The notes beneath the pieces were generated by a model. The model did no database searches. It was not told where the DNA came from and saw nothing but the letters and a program-made list of their open reading frames with translations. 64,000 bases of DNA from the human T2T-CHM13v2.0 reference genome, Homo sapiens, in assembly GCF_009914755.1 (NCBI RefSeq), contig NC_060943.1. One strand, 5' to 3'. Of the stretch, positions 45,431 to 61,816 are shown in pieces (the stretch's first letter is position 1; each line of letters begins with the position of its first letter). Both the position numbers and the translations under genes were made by a program.

Positions 45431-46998
45431 TAAATTTTTTGTAGAGACTGGGTCTCACTATGTTGCCCAGGCTTTTAATCTGCAAAAAGCCCAAGATAAA
45501 GAGTTTTAATATCTTACCTCCTGAGTAGTAATGACTGATTCCAGTTCTAATAATGTCTTAATTACAGCTATACAGATTGAGGGGACTGCAGGAAGTGAAA
45601 TAGATGCATTTCTTTTTTCTTTCTTTCTTTTCCTTTTTTAAATACACACTTCGTTTCGGTGGTGAAGGCCAGTTTGAGGTTAGGAGAGGCATCTTGGAAG
45701 GAAGCTCGCAGGTGGTTCGGCATCTGGACATGCTGGGAAGTTGCCTGAGGGGGACGTCACAATAAGAGGACTGTGGGTCTACAGCCTGCCTTAGCAAAAT
45801 GACAGGCCTTCTTTTACCAAGGCCAAGGGCAGTGGTGGAAGCTGACTTCAGTTGGTGTCATCAAGGCCTCAGTATGTGTAACGGTTAACAAATTACTATT
45901 CTATGATCAATCTCCATCTGGGTGTGAGTAAAAGGTATTTAGTTGCTATCACCATGGAAACCAAGTTGCTTACTTACTGTTTTGGGGAGTGCCCTCATAC
46001 CAGAGGCAGTGCTAATGGTGGAGTGTTAGGCCCCGGGCAGAAAAAAAGATCCTGCCACTTGGTATCACAGGAAAATACCTACAGGCACAGCAGCCTTGCC
46101 AGGTAGGGGATGAAGGCCCTCTGTCCTCGGGGCAGGAGTTGGGCCAGTTGATTGTGTTGATGAGGAGTGTGCATTTGTGCATGAGAGAGGGAGAAGAAAA
46201 AGGAGAGCACTCCATGAAATCCGCTGCTGGCTTTGTAGCCTAGAAGAGTGCTTTTTTTCTCTAGGAGTTTGGAACTGGAATCTCAGCTATGTGACTTCTT
46301 AATAATAGGACAAAATATGCCTGTATCTTTTGCCTACTTCCACAAACACTGATAAATTAAAAAGAACTCTAAATTTCCCACAAATCCCAAGCACAAGTAA
46401 CTTTTTTTTTAAATCCACATCCTCCCTAATCCAAATCTAACAGCAAATCCTTTTCTCTCTGTCACTCCCTGCTTTTCTTTAAGAAAATGAGTACCTTGCC
46501 TTAAACTATATATTGGATGAAAATATTAAACACTTTCACAAAGTGCTTCTTTGGCTGTTACTGGTATGCCTTGCATTTGGAAGGGTCAGAGATTTGAAGA
46601 CTTCTGTGATCTTCCAGTTCTGGCCTATGAAATACAGTCAGTTTCAAAATTCAAAATGTCTGGAAGAGCCAACTTGCCAGGCCGGTTCAAGGGCAGTCAG
46701 ATGAATCGACCCTTCTTACAGGCTGTCTACGAACCAGTCATGATTCAGATATTCAAGTCCTGGAAGGTATCCAGACGGTAAACATCACCAGGATTGTGAG
46801 GCAGTTACTTTTTTTTTTGGATCGTTTGAGCTACACTGCCAAGACTGTGGTAGGACTTGTCTGTGTAAAACAGAAAGGGCTGTCTCTAAATGTCTTTTTC
46901 AAGAATGTCGGCTATAATCACCCGACACTGTGTCTCATGGTGGGGTGAGATGAAATACCTAGACCGGTTAGGGGAGGGCCTTCTTGGCCATTTTTTGA

Positions 46999-47214
<216 letters not shown>

Positions 47215-47873
47215 TAGTTTTGGTATTTTTTAGGAGAGACGGAGTTTCACCATGTTGGCCAGGCTGGTCTTGAACCCTTGACCTCGTAATGCCCACCTAG
47301 GCCTCCCAAAGTGCTGGGATTACAGGTATGAGCCACCGCGCCCAGCCCCTTTGTAACTTTCATTAACACTGATGAGGCACAAGCCATAGGATAGAATTGA
47401 ATCCATTGAGAGCTGTGAGCCAATTGAGGGATGATTGGTTAATAGATTGTGGCTTGAAGCTGTGGAAGGTAAGGGGTGACACTTGACTCCTATTAGCCTT
47501 GTAGAAACACCTCAGAGATTCACAGGAAGCAAACTTTGACCATAAAAATATAAGACTCACAGCGCACCGAGTTCTCTTAGCAGCTGCCTTAGAGTTGAGA
47601 AAGTTTTGGGCCTCTTTAATAAACAAGCACAAAGCAGTTCTTGCCAAATACGGCCTGCTCTGGGGCCACAGGGTTAGCTTAGGAGACAACTTTCTTGCCT
47701 AAAAATAAATGCATGTTCCTATCAGACATTCCAAGCATAGTTTAAACATGAGAATTCTGAGCAGCAGCTCAAGCTCTGTGGGTTCAATTATGTCAGAGTA
47801 TGGGCAGTGAGGGTCTTTGGGGAGTGTGCCCCCTTATTTGGGATTGGTTGTGGCTACCAAGGAAATCAGATGA

Positions 47874-48269
<396 letters not shown>

Positions 48270-48322
48270 TAGATAATGAACAAGGTAACTTCAGATAGGA
48301 TTATGTGCAATAAATTAAATAA

Positions 48323-48704
<382 letters not shown>

Positions 48705-49576
48705 TAATCTTGTGAAGCAGGTGTTGTTACCCTTACATGCAGAAATGGATCCATGGGCCTTTAAGCCACTTGCCCCTGTGACAGTGCCAGGATTTGAATG
48801 TAGAAGTTGAGGCTTTCAAGTTTATGCTGTTATTTCTACACTACACTGAAGTCTAGTGATTGGGAATGGCTTTGCGAGCGGGTGGTGAGGGGAGGAGTGT
48901 GCAGTGCAGGTACTTCAGATGGAGAGGAAGGTCTCAAAGAGGTGGCATTTCAGCTGTTCCTTAACGGATGAGAAAGAGAGAACCAAGAGAGCACCAGAGG
49001 AACGCGCTTCCAACAGAGAAAACCAAGCAAGGGGGCCCCCGAGGAGCAGAAAGGCCCGAGTGGTCAGAGCGGAGCCCGTGGAAGAGATGGGCACAGCCAG
49101 ATTGCTTAGAGCTGTGTTGTTAGAAGTGCTGATGAGTCTACATTCAACTTGCGCCTGCAAACTCAGTCCCTCTTAGATGCCAGTAGGTCAGGAACCTCAT
49201 GCTTCCAGGACTCTGGCGCTCCTACCCTTTCCTCCCAGGCCTCCTGGACAGGCCAAACCAGAACTGACTTCTAAAGTGGGAACCCCAAGACGGCAGAACA
49301 TGAATCAGCCAAACAAAAGCTGCAGTTATCTCTGTGATGATTTCGGCAGTCGGCACCTGTATTTGATTAAAGCGTTGGTAACTTTGAATCTGGAGTTTTA
49401 TGGCACTGTGTACTACTCATAATGGCTTTGTAGTGTGGCTCTCTTAGGGAGCTTAACTTTTACAACATGAACAAGTTCCAGCCTCCTTTGGTCCCATCAA
49501 GAGGCCATTTCTACCTGGTGGGATGCCACTTGCTTTACAAAGCATCTTTTGTAAAATGTTGAGTCTCCTTCTTTGA

Positions 49577-49850
<274 letters not shown>

Positions 49851-52800
49851 TAACCAGGATGGTCTTGATCTCCTGACCTCGTTATCCGCCCGCCTCGGCT
49901 TCCCAAAGTGCTGGGATTACAGGCGTGAGCCACCGCGCCCGGCCTGGCAGCCTGATTTTTAAACTGGCTTTTCTCCTAGGTCCTTTCCTTCTCTATAAAT
50001 CCCTCTTTCACTTAGTATTTCCTCCTTGTTTCCTTTGGTCAGTTGGAGTGAGGGTGGTTCTAGTTCAGAGAAAGAGACAGGCATACAGGCTGATTCAGTC
50101 TGAGGTGCTTAGCTTTCTGTACCTCACTGGAAACCAGTCCAGGAATATGACAGGTTTCAGTAGGTTTCATTGGACCCACAACTCCCCATTTGAAGGCAGA
50201 GCTTGTCAAACGAGTTATGTGGCTTTTACTCAAGGAGGGAGGAACAGCAACAGGGAGCTCCGGGCTATTGATAGACACTCCTGCCTCTGAACACACAGCA
50301 CCCAGCAAGAAGTTACCTTCATGGGTTGTCTAGAGTGAACATGGGCTGGGATTCTCTCAGCCTTAGCACTGATGATTTGACAACAAAAATCGCCCCATGG
50401 GTAGAGTATAACGGAGCAAATGATTATGGTGGCCTGTGATGGTGCAGCCAGCCCAGCTGCTTCAGCTGGAAAGAAGATGGCGAGGTTTCCATTCTCCTGG
50501 CAGCATAGCCATGTGAACTTGTTAAATCTTTTAAGTAGCTGTATAGGAGGGGAGATAAGTGTGTGTGTGTTTATTCTTATCCCCTTAAATACAAAAACAA
50601 AACTTCCACTTTATAAAATCAATTCAGAGTGGGAAGAGGTGCATGGCACATGGAAAATGTGTCGGATTAGGTTGAGTCCTACCCCACGTTTGGGACACAG
50701 CTGTAAGTTTCCATGGTGGGTGGCTTATTATGCATTTATGCTGAGCTGAACCTGCTCCAAGCTGCTGCAGATAGGAAAGTCTGTCTTGGAGGGGGAGCTG
50801 CCTCTTTCTATCACACTATAAAGACATAAAAGGTCCTTTGAAAGACTCCAGCAGTCACCACTTGGGTAACAGAATTAGGGGCTGCTGAGCAAAGTGGGTC
50901 TGTTTTTTTTTTTTTTTAAAGACAGAGTTTCCCTCTTGTTGTTCAGGAGTGGAGTGCAATGTCACAATCTTGGCTCACTGCAACTTCCGCCTCCTGGGTT
51001 CAAGTGATTCTTCTGCTTCAGCCTCCCAAGTAGCTGGGATTACAGGTGCCGGCCACCACGCCTAGCTAGTTTTTTGTATTTTTAGTAGAGACGGGGTTTC
51101 ATCATGTTGGCCGGGCTGGTTGTGAACTGCTGACCTCAGGTGATCCACCCGCCTCAGCCTCCCAAAGTGCTGGGATTACGGGTGTGAGCCACTGCGCCCG
51201 GCCACATTTTATAGCCAACCGGCTTCTTGTGTAACATGAGTTGGGGCTTCTTGGGCCCCAGAGTCCAGCACTCAGGTAGAAATATGACCGCCATGGCCAG
51301 ACAGCAGCCCTCGCTGGGCCCCTCTTCAGAGCAGAGCTCTGTGCCGAGCCTTTAGGGGTATGAGAGAAACCGGAGACCTGGTCCGTGCTCTCAAAGAGCT
51401 CGCGGTGTAGCTGGGGAGAGAGCAAGGCCACATGAGACCTCAGAAGGACACTAAACGGCACACCGACAAGCTCACAGCACTCTAGCTGTGTCCCGGGAGA
51501 GGAAAGGGGTGAATCAGGGCAGGTGGGGTCAGTCATGGAAACTTTCATAAAGGAGGTGAGTGTGCAGGAGGGGCGGGCCTTTGCCCCCGCTGCGGGCAGG
51601 TTGCCGAGGGCAAGTATTAGGGGGTCCGGCGTGCAATCGAACATTTCTTAGCTGCCTCTTTGGAGTAGCGCTACCAGTTCCTGTCCCCATGAGCATCGTC
51701 TTCGGGGAGCTGCTGGTTTGAAGGATGAGGTACCATGCTCATCTTGGCCATGTCTTAGAACCTGTGATAGCCAGACCTGTCGTTCTGGGTCCGTATCCAT
51801 TCATGCGTCCTGTCACTGTCACAGATATCGTGAGTGGGCCAGACTCTTCTCCCCAGGTGGGAGGGGGTGCCTTCTGAGGCATATGTTTTCAGCCTGCTGA
51901 TGGCCTCTTCAGAATTAGCACAGGTTTCGACAAAAAGAATGGAGAGACTCCCTTCTCATGTCCAAGGGTCTCCCCAAGCCCTGTGTCTCAGCCCCTCAGG
52001 GCGTGTGGTGCTGCACACTGCCGCCCAGATGACCACGCGCAGCCGGAACGGCCGCCCTGTATTGAGAAGTGGGATCGGCTCCCAGTCTGCTGGCGAGGCT
52101 GGGTTGCCACAGCTCCTCTGTTGCCCTGCAACGCGGGTGGCCTAGGAGTGTGCTGCCTTCAGTTTATTCCTGCCTGCCAAGCTACGCTTCCAGGTGCTAT
52201 TCTTTTCTTTAAATAACTGCCTTAGTGCTGCTTGTGGAACTTAGCGTTCCCATCCCAGGAAATACTCCAGTGTTGTGTTTTTTTTTTTAAACTCATTCAG
52301 ATGCTCATGGCCAAATGTGTGACTTAAATACCGCAGTGTCCTTGATATTGCCTTCCCCACACCGACAAACCGAGTTGCATTCTGGTCCCACTGTGGGATA
52401 AGGTTAGGGTAGCGGCGCTTGCCTCTTTGTGTGGTTTCAGATGTGTTTCTCCCCACTTCAGATAACACATGACAGCTGTAATATAGCTCAGTTCGTGCAA
52501 GTAAGGTAGGGGCAGAAATCATCCAGGAGAACTCCAGCCTCCATCCTAAAGGATTAGACTGCCTAGCATCAGTAGGTTTACCATAGAAGGATTCAGTGGA
52601 GATAGCGAGGGTGGTGAGTGTTGCTGGATTGAGCCCGTCCCTGCAGCCTGGGCACGGGAGCACTGCAGTGCCATGAAGGAGAGGGCTGGGGGATATTAGC
52701 ACAGCCGGTTCCTATTTCCTTTTCCACCTGGTTAAGACTTCCGGGGAGGCCCTGCCCAGCAGTCCTTATGAGATGCTGCCTTCCTCTTTTTTGAAAGGCA

Positions 52801-55800
52801 TAGATGATAAGGAGGTGGACATGTTTTGAGAAGAGAACCTAGAGCTCATTACTTGTATTTGAGGCATGTATTGCTTCACTCCCACTTTGGGAGAGTTTTT
52901 TCTGGGGAAGTTAAAGGCTATTCAGGATCAGAGAGTTTCCTGCATGGTCCCAGGGGCTGGGAGGAGCCACCTGCTCAGCTGGTGGTTAGCTGATAGCACC
53001 CAGCCTACCCACCAAGATAGGAGGCAGCTCAGATGTCACTGGGATTCGCAGTACCACAGGCTGTCCCTGGGCCCAAGCAGTTAGCTAGCTGCACCCCGGG
53101 AGGGGGTGTTGAGAGCACTGAAGCTCCTGTGGGAGAGTGCCTTTGACATCCCCCACTCCCCACTGCCCAGAACTAGGAGGTAGTGAAAGGTGTCAGTGGC
53201 AAGAAGGCTGGGCCAGAGCATGGAGGGAGGCCAACCTGGGCTCCACACCCACCTCCTCCACCACCGGCTGGCTGTGCGACCCTGGGCAGGTGGCGGGGGT
53301 TAAGCCTCAGTGTCCTTCTTTGAAAAGGGGCATCATCCTATCCTCAGTTTGAGGATTAGACGTGATAGTGCGCAGGAAGCACTCTGGTGCCTGGTACATT
53401 GTAAGTGCTCAATAAATGCAGCTTCCCAAAATGATTTCAATGGCACATGGTCCTGCATCCAGGTGGGATCTGCTACTTGAGTCTCCCCCTCAAAGGGGCC
53501 TGCTGAAATACGCAGCTCAGTGGGAAACCAAAACATACACCCCTTTCCTCCAGTGCTCCCCAGGAAGCGCCAAGTCCTGAGCCCAGCCAGCAACTTCGAA
53601 GAAGTGCCCTCCAACAAGTGGCAGTGGGCACTTGAGCAAGTGACTTAACGCAGCCCTCTCCCCAGCCCCTGCATCCATCTGGGCCTCATTATCTGGGAGG
53701 TGGCTTCTTGTTTCAGAGTTACAGGCCCTGAACAATTTTGTGTTGGGATGTGCCATAGGCAGTGCCAGGAAGGTTCTTTCATGAGTAATTTAACTTGTTA
53801 CTAAGTTTGCTATCAGCCGGGGGGCTCTTTCCCTGGGTTCCCTTCTTTCCCTGGGTCCCCTTCCCCGCAAAGCAAAGTCCAACTCAAGTTAGAAACATCC
53901 CACAGCCTGGAGTCAGGCTGCCCTCTCTTCAGTTGGTGTGTGATGTAGAAGCAGGAAGGGCTTCCCACTGATAACCCTAAAAATAACTGCCCAGAAATGC
54001 TGTCAGATGGGGCCAAGAGGTGCACAGGAGCCTGTGCCCAGCTGCCGACCTGGAACGTGGGACTTTCTAGAGGGCTTGGAGGAGCCCTGCCCCTTCCAGG
54101 CCTCTTCCCAACAGTGCTTCTCACGCCTGCTGCTCCATTCCCTTTTCCTCCTTCCTCCCGCGCCCCCCCCTTTCCTGGGGTCACTTCCTGATGCCATTCT
54201 TCAACTTCGCCCCTGTCCCCCCCCAAAAGCAATCAAATCCACAACCTAATAAGGCAAAAGAATGAGGAGAATGTCCGCCTCCCAGCCTCTCCCCTAACAG
54301 GGTGCAGGCCTGAAGCAAATTTGGAAAATGTTACAACGGAGTGACAACCGATGGGGGCTGGGGGTGGGGCGGTGCAGCCTTGTTCAGGAGCTGCCCATTG
54401 TTGGCCTGAGGCAGGACCCTAAGGGAAGGCCACCCGGTTTGCGCTTTCCTGATCAGGCTGTTGACACCCTTCTAGCACAAGAAAATGTATGGAAAGTAAC
54501 TGCCTGAGTCAGCTGCATCTCCAGTTGTGGGATCCACGTGCCAGGAGAACACGAAGTACACACAGGTCCGCAGTGGGAGCCCGCTCGGAGACACCTCCCC
54601 GCCATCACGGCTGGGACTGTGCATATCCAAACACTTCTTGCCTCTGAGATGAGCAGTTTTCTTCCCCTTGACTGTGCCAGGGTTCAATTAGCCTGGGCAT
54701 TAATTAAAACTTGTCAACACTTAGAGTGGGGCCCCCAGAAATCTGTCACCCCTCCTAGATCATTATCCCAGGCTAATCAACCCTCTCTAAGGCAGTTTCC
54801 ATTCTTGACTTAGTGGGAGGGAGGAACAAGCCCCTCGGTGCTGGGGAGCTCTGGGGGAGGTAGGGACTGACTGGGCCCAACCCACTTTGTTTTGGAAGGT
54901 CAAGCTTAGTAATTAACCTGAATGCTTGGGGGAGGGGGTGAAGGAGAAAGAACTGAGTCTAGGGATGTGCCAGGTCTTTCAAATTGCTAATTATCAGCGA
55001 GCATGAGGTCATCCGTAAATATATCTAATTCTTTAGCTTGTAATTAAGGTGCTCATTAAAAGTGCAGGGAAGTCTTGTTTTCCTAAAAGGGGAAAAAAAC
55101 AACAACACAAAAAGTCTTTGTTTTGACCTGACACGATGGCTCAGAACAGGGGGAGGACTCAAGGCACAGGACTAGTTTCCTGCCTTAAAGAGCCTTTACA
55201 GGAAATTGACTGCAAACAGTATTGGTGACCCTGCCAAGGAGGCAAACCTAGGGTGATGTCATTGTTCGAAGCTGTCACCGCCAAGCCTCTGGCCTTGGGG
55301 CGAGGAGAGTTGGTGGGATTAAAAAATGAGTGTGTGTATGTGTGTGTGTGTTTAGCAGTCTCTAAAGAGGCGAGTCAAGGGAAAATCCTAGCGGGAGAAA
55401 AATCACAAGGGGTGGGGGGTGTCTCAGAAATATTCTTAGCTGGGTTCAACTTTCCTCGTTTTTCTAAGTTTAAAAAATCCTCTCTTACTATTTTTGCTCA
55501 TCAAAATGCTGCTGCTTTTTCAGAGACAGCCTTTTTTGAGCCATTCCCTATTTAGTGTTTTGGGTAATTGGCTGTTACAGTATGGAATTTGTGGCCCAAA
55601 GGCAGCGTGGTAAGTTAGACACTAGGTGCACGGTGCCCCATTGTTATGAAGTGTGGAAACTGAGACGCTGGACTAGTCTGATGTATCTGTTTCTTCCACC
55701 AAAAAAAAAAAAAAAACCATTTTGGAGAACTACCCAATGCCAGTGACTTGGCATCTCTGAGTCGCTAATCTTCCCATGTGCCTCCAGGAACCGTCTGGAG

Positions 55801-56419
55801 CGTCCCTGAAAAAAGGACAAGGTTTGTATCTTGTCATTTTTCCTCTGGCTGGAAGTCTAAGAGGTATAAACACAGTCTTAAAATGAAAGCAACAAAAATA
55901 AACTCAAAGCAGCCCTGCGTGAAGGCATTAATGCAAAATATGCAAGCTGGCTTCCTATTTATACGGCGGAAGGCAGTCAGAAGAGCCAGGCCTGGTTAAG
56001 GAAGGAGTTATGTCTCTGGAGGTGCCTGTTCCTTAGAATTACAAATAAACCCTGGGTGATTACTCAGATGAGGTTGTAATGTGGTGTCTCATTTCATGCT
56101 TTGCACAGTCCAGTTTCTTGATGGAACCAACGGCCTCTGAAATGCTAATGCAGGATCAGGATACAGTTAGAGTGCCCCCCTTCCTGTGCCCCTCCTAACA
56201 TCCTAACAGCTTTAGAAGGAAGTTTGAAGATTAAACAGGAGAGCCATGTAAGTTTCCTGTGATCCTAGATCCTGTGATTTGTTAATATTCTTTCTCTTCA
56301 ATCCACCTGACATTTACCCAGATACCATATTAGGCTTGGAGATACAACAAGAAAGAAAACCAACCCAACCCTGTCCTTAAAGAAAAGATGGACGATGAAG
56401 GGCCAGGCGCAGTGGCTCA

Positions 56420-57263
<844 letters not shown>

Positions 57264-58658
57264 TGAGTCACCGCGCCCAGCCAAAATCCAGCTTTTTCTT
57301 AGTTCCTGGCTTGGGGCATGTTGCTGGAAAGGAATGACAGATTGAGGCAAGAAGGAGGCAAGAAGGATGCATCTCCTGGCCAAGGAAACTAGAGTTTGGA
57401 GGTGTCCCCTGTCAATGGCATCTGAAGAATTTCTACATTGGAAAGGCATAGGTGACCCAGTCTGGTTTGGAGTAGATGGGACTGGGTAGGGGACTAGTCT
57501 TGAAGCTGCAAGCATGCTGTTTTTACTTAGAGCACAGGTAGCTGGGGAGGAGATCACTGTGGTGTGGGTGGCAGAAGCCATCCCTAGCCATCACCTAGGA
57601 AGATGGTGGCCCTTGGGTTGCCCGAGCTGCTGCTTGTTTTAGTAGCTGCATTTGGTGCCACATTTTTGTGGTAACTGCCAGGAAGCGGAGCCCAGCGTGG
57701 CCTCAGGAAGTTGGTGAGGTTTGCACCACTTTTTAACAGGCTGGTAACAGTGCCGGAGCTGACACCCTCATGGTTGCAGCCCTGGGATTTTGTTATTTGG
57801 GGACACTTTGGAATATGTCACTCAGAATGCTGGCTCACTAGCTCCACAAGCAAAAGACTCCTTGGGTAGCTGGAAGCAAGCGTTGGGGGAAGGAGGGAGA
57901 GGCAATTGCAGTCCAGCCAAGAATCTCAAGGCTCAGTCTTCAATGTATGGAAACTTCAGTCCTTTTCTGATCTTTAGTGGAAATAGCTGTTCACTCTTAG
58001 CGCCAATTGGAAAGTGTTGGCAGCTGAAGGGGGTCGTTCCTCAGGGGTCCCCAGAGCCAGTGTATCTGGTATTTCTAACATTTTCCTAGCCACCCCTTTC
58101 TCCTCCATATGCCCCTCCCAGCCCCACCATTCAGATAGGGTGGCTGGAAAGAACATCTCCTAGGTCCTCTAGGAAACTTGGTGTTTCCACTCAAGGGAGT
58201 TGGGGATCACGTAACACCCTCCACTTCCACCTGGGATTTCAGGCCATCTGTGGGAGTGCAAGAGCATGGTGGGGTGGAGGTCACAGGAAGGTGGAAGCAA
58301 AGCCAGGGCAGCTCCACATGCAGCCCCCTTTCAGGAACAGCAAGGATAGGCCGGCCTGTATCTTGTTGCTCAGAGCAGGTGATCCTGTCATTTGGACCCT
58401 TGTGAGGAGAATGGATGTGAGTGTGCACCTGGTTCTCTTCTCCTGGGGCTGAGGGACTGTGGTCTTGGATTATCACATGGTAGGTGAGGTGACAAAATGG
58501 AGGGAAGTAGCCTGGGTGGGGACTGGGGTGGCCACTGCAGAGCTCTAGCTGATGGTGGCCAGGTGGGAATGGGGACCTGGGACTTCACGAAGCTGGAAAT
58601 GGAGAGTTTTATGGGGCATTTCATTCAACTTAAAAACCTGGCCGGGTACAGTGGCTCA

Positions 58659-58993
<335 letters not shown>

Positions 58994-60098
58994 CTAACCT
59001 TGCATGGTCTTGACCCTGTCTCTGCCTCTCCTCTAGTCTCCCCTTTCCTCTTGTCTGAATTGCTGCTGCTTAATCCTCTCACTAGGAGCGAGAAAATTGT
59101 ACTTTGCCCCTTAGTGACAGCTCTGATAAAAGGTGGTTGAAGTGGATGGTAGTAAAAAGGGTTTGCTTTAGCTGTGGTTTTCCAGCCTCCGGACTCCTCC
59201 CCCTTTCCCATCACCATAGATAATTAAGAGTTGACTCCTCAAAATTCCTCCCACCATATTGCATATTTTTAGGCTTCAGGTTTTTGTGAACCAAAATAGT
59301 GGAAAGTTTTTTTGTTTGTTTGTTTTGGGTAGCCCAAAGCAACACTTTTCTACAGAGGCAGCCATTCTGCACGCACAATAACCTGGTGAACAATGCCAGC
59401 TTTCTATTAATAAATGAACTGCCAGTTCAGAATTTGTACCCATGTGGCAGATGGACAGAAATAGTTTCTTTAGGATTGATCTCTTAAATTTGACTTTGGG
59501 AAGATACTGGCAGTCCAGGTTTTGTGACAGAGATCCATCCTGAGATCTTTGTAAATGGAAAAGCCTGAATGCAGCGTTTCTTATTGCTAGGAGAGTTGAT
59601 GGATTTCAGGAAAATGGGATATAGTAGATGTGCAATGAATTTGTTGACTTGGAAACAAATTTGGACACTTATCCCTGAAAACTTCAGGCCATTTTTTCCT
59701 AAACTCTAATTGAGTCCCTGTGATTGGAGTACTAGCCCCACAGTCCTTATCAAACTTCGCATTTGGAGCAGGCAGTCTGTCTGGGAAAAGCCAGGAAGCT
59801 CGCCATGAAGGCATCGCCCTCTGCTTTTAACTTTTTTAGGCTCTGTTACCTCTGCACTGGCTTGAGTATTTCCTGGCTCAATTGTTTCTCAGGCTGGCCT
59901 TGAGTCCTTAGATGTTATTTGTGTGCCTAGAAATAGCTGGAAGAAAAATGGTTGTAATGCTTTGCATTGCTCACTGCTCTCCATGGATGGAAATTCTGTG
60001 AGGGAAAGAGGGCTTTCCACCCAGAAAAAGAGCTGGGCAGCGTAGACTTCATTGTCCTGCTGGCCTGTCATGTTATTCTGCTATACTACAGCGATTAG

Positions 60099-60874
<776 letters not shown>

Positions 60875-60922
60875 TAACCATTTTTAAGTGATTGATCATC
60901 TCAGCATGATTGATGGAGATGA

Positions 60923-61072
<150 letters not shown>

Positions 61073-61439
61073 TGAGATTACATGCATGCACCACCATGCC
61101 TGGCCAGTTTTTGTGTTTTTAATAGAGACAGGGTTTTATCATGTTGGCCAGGCTGGTCTCAAGCCCCTGACCTCAGGTGATCCCCCCACCTCAGCCTCCC
61201 AAAGTGCTAGGATTACAGGCATGAGCCACCACACCCGGCCTATTCATCATTTATTGAGCATTTATTTATACCCACTATGTGCCGTAAACAAGGTGCTGAG
61301 TAATGAGATGTGAACAGAATAGTCCTTCTTCTTGTCCTCATGGAGCACACAGCCTAGTCGGGGACAATAGGCATTAAAAAATACCAACAATGAAAACCCA
61401 AGACATACATAGAGTGTTCCAAATTGTGGTTTTATTTTT

Positions 61440-61816
61440 TATATATATATATTCATATATATTTATATATATGAATATATATTTATATATATTCATATAT
61501 ATATATTCATATATATTTATATATATTTATATATATATTCATATATATTTATATATATGAATATATATATATTCATATATATTTATATATATTTATATAT
61601 ACTTATATATATTTATATAAATATATATATTCATATATATTTATATATATTCATATATATTCATTTATATTTATATATATTCATATATATTTATATATAT
61701 TTATAATTTATATATATTTATATATTTATATACATTATATATATTTATATATTTATATATTCTTATATATATTTATATATTTATATATATTTATATATAT
61801 ATATTTATATATGTAT
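61440..61816. repeat. Long interrupted (TA)n / (TATATT)n AT-rich microsatellite
   Basis: ~375 bp almost entirely A/T with ATATATATT(C/T) units, abutting an Alu poly(T) tail. Confidence 0.97.
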
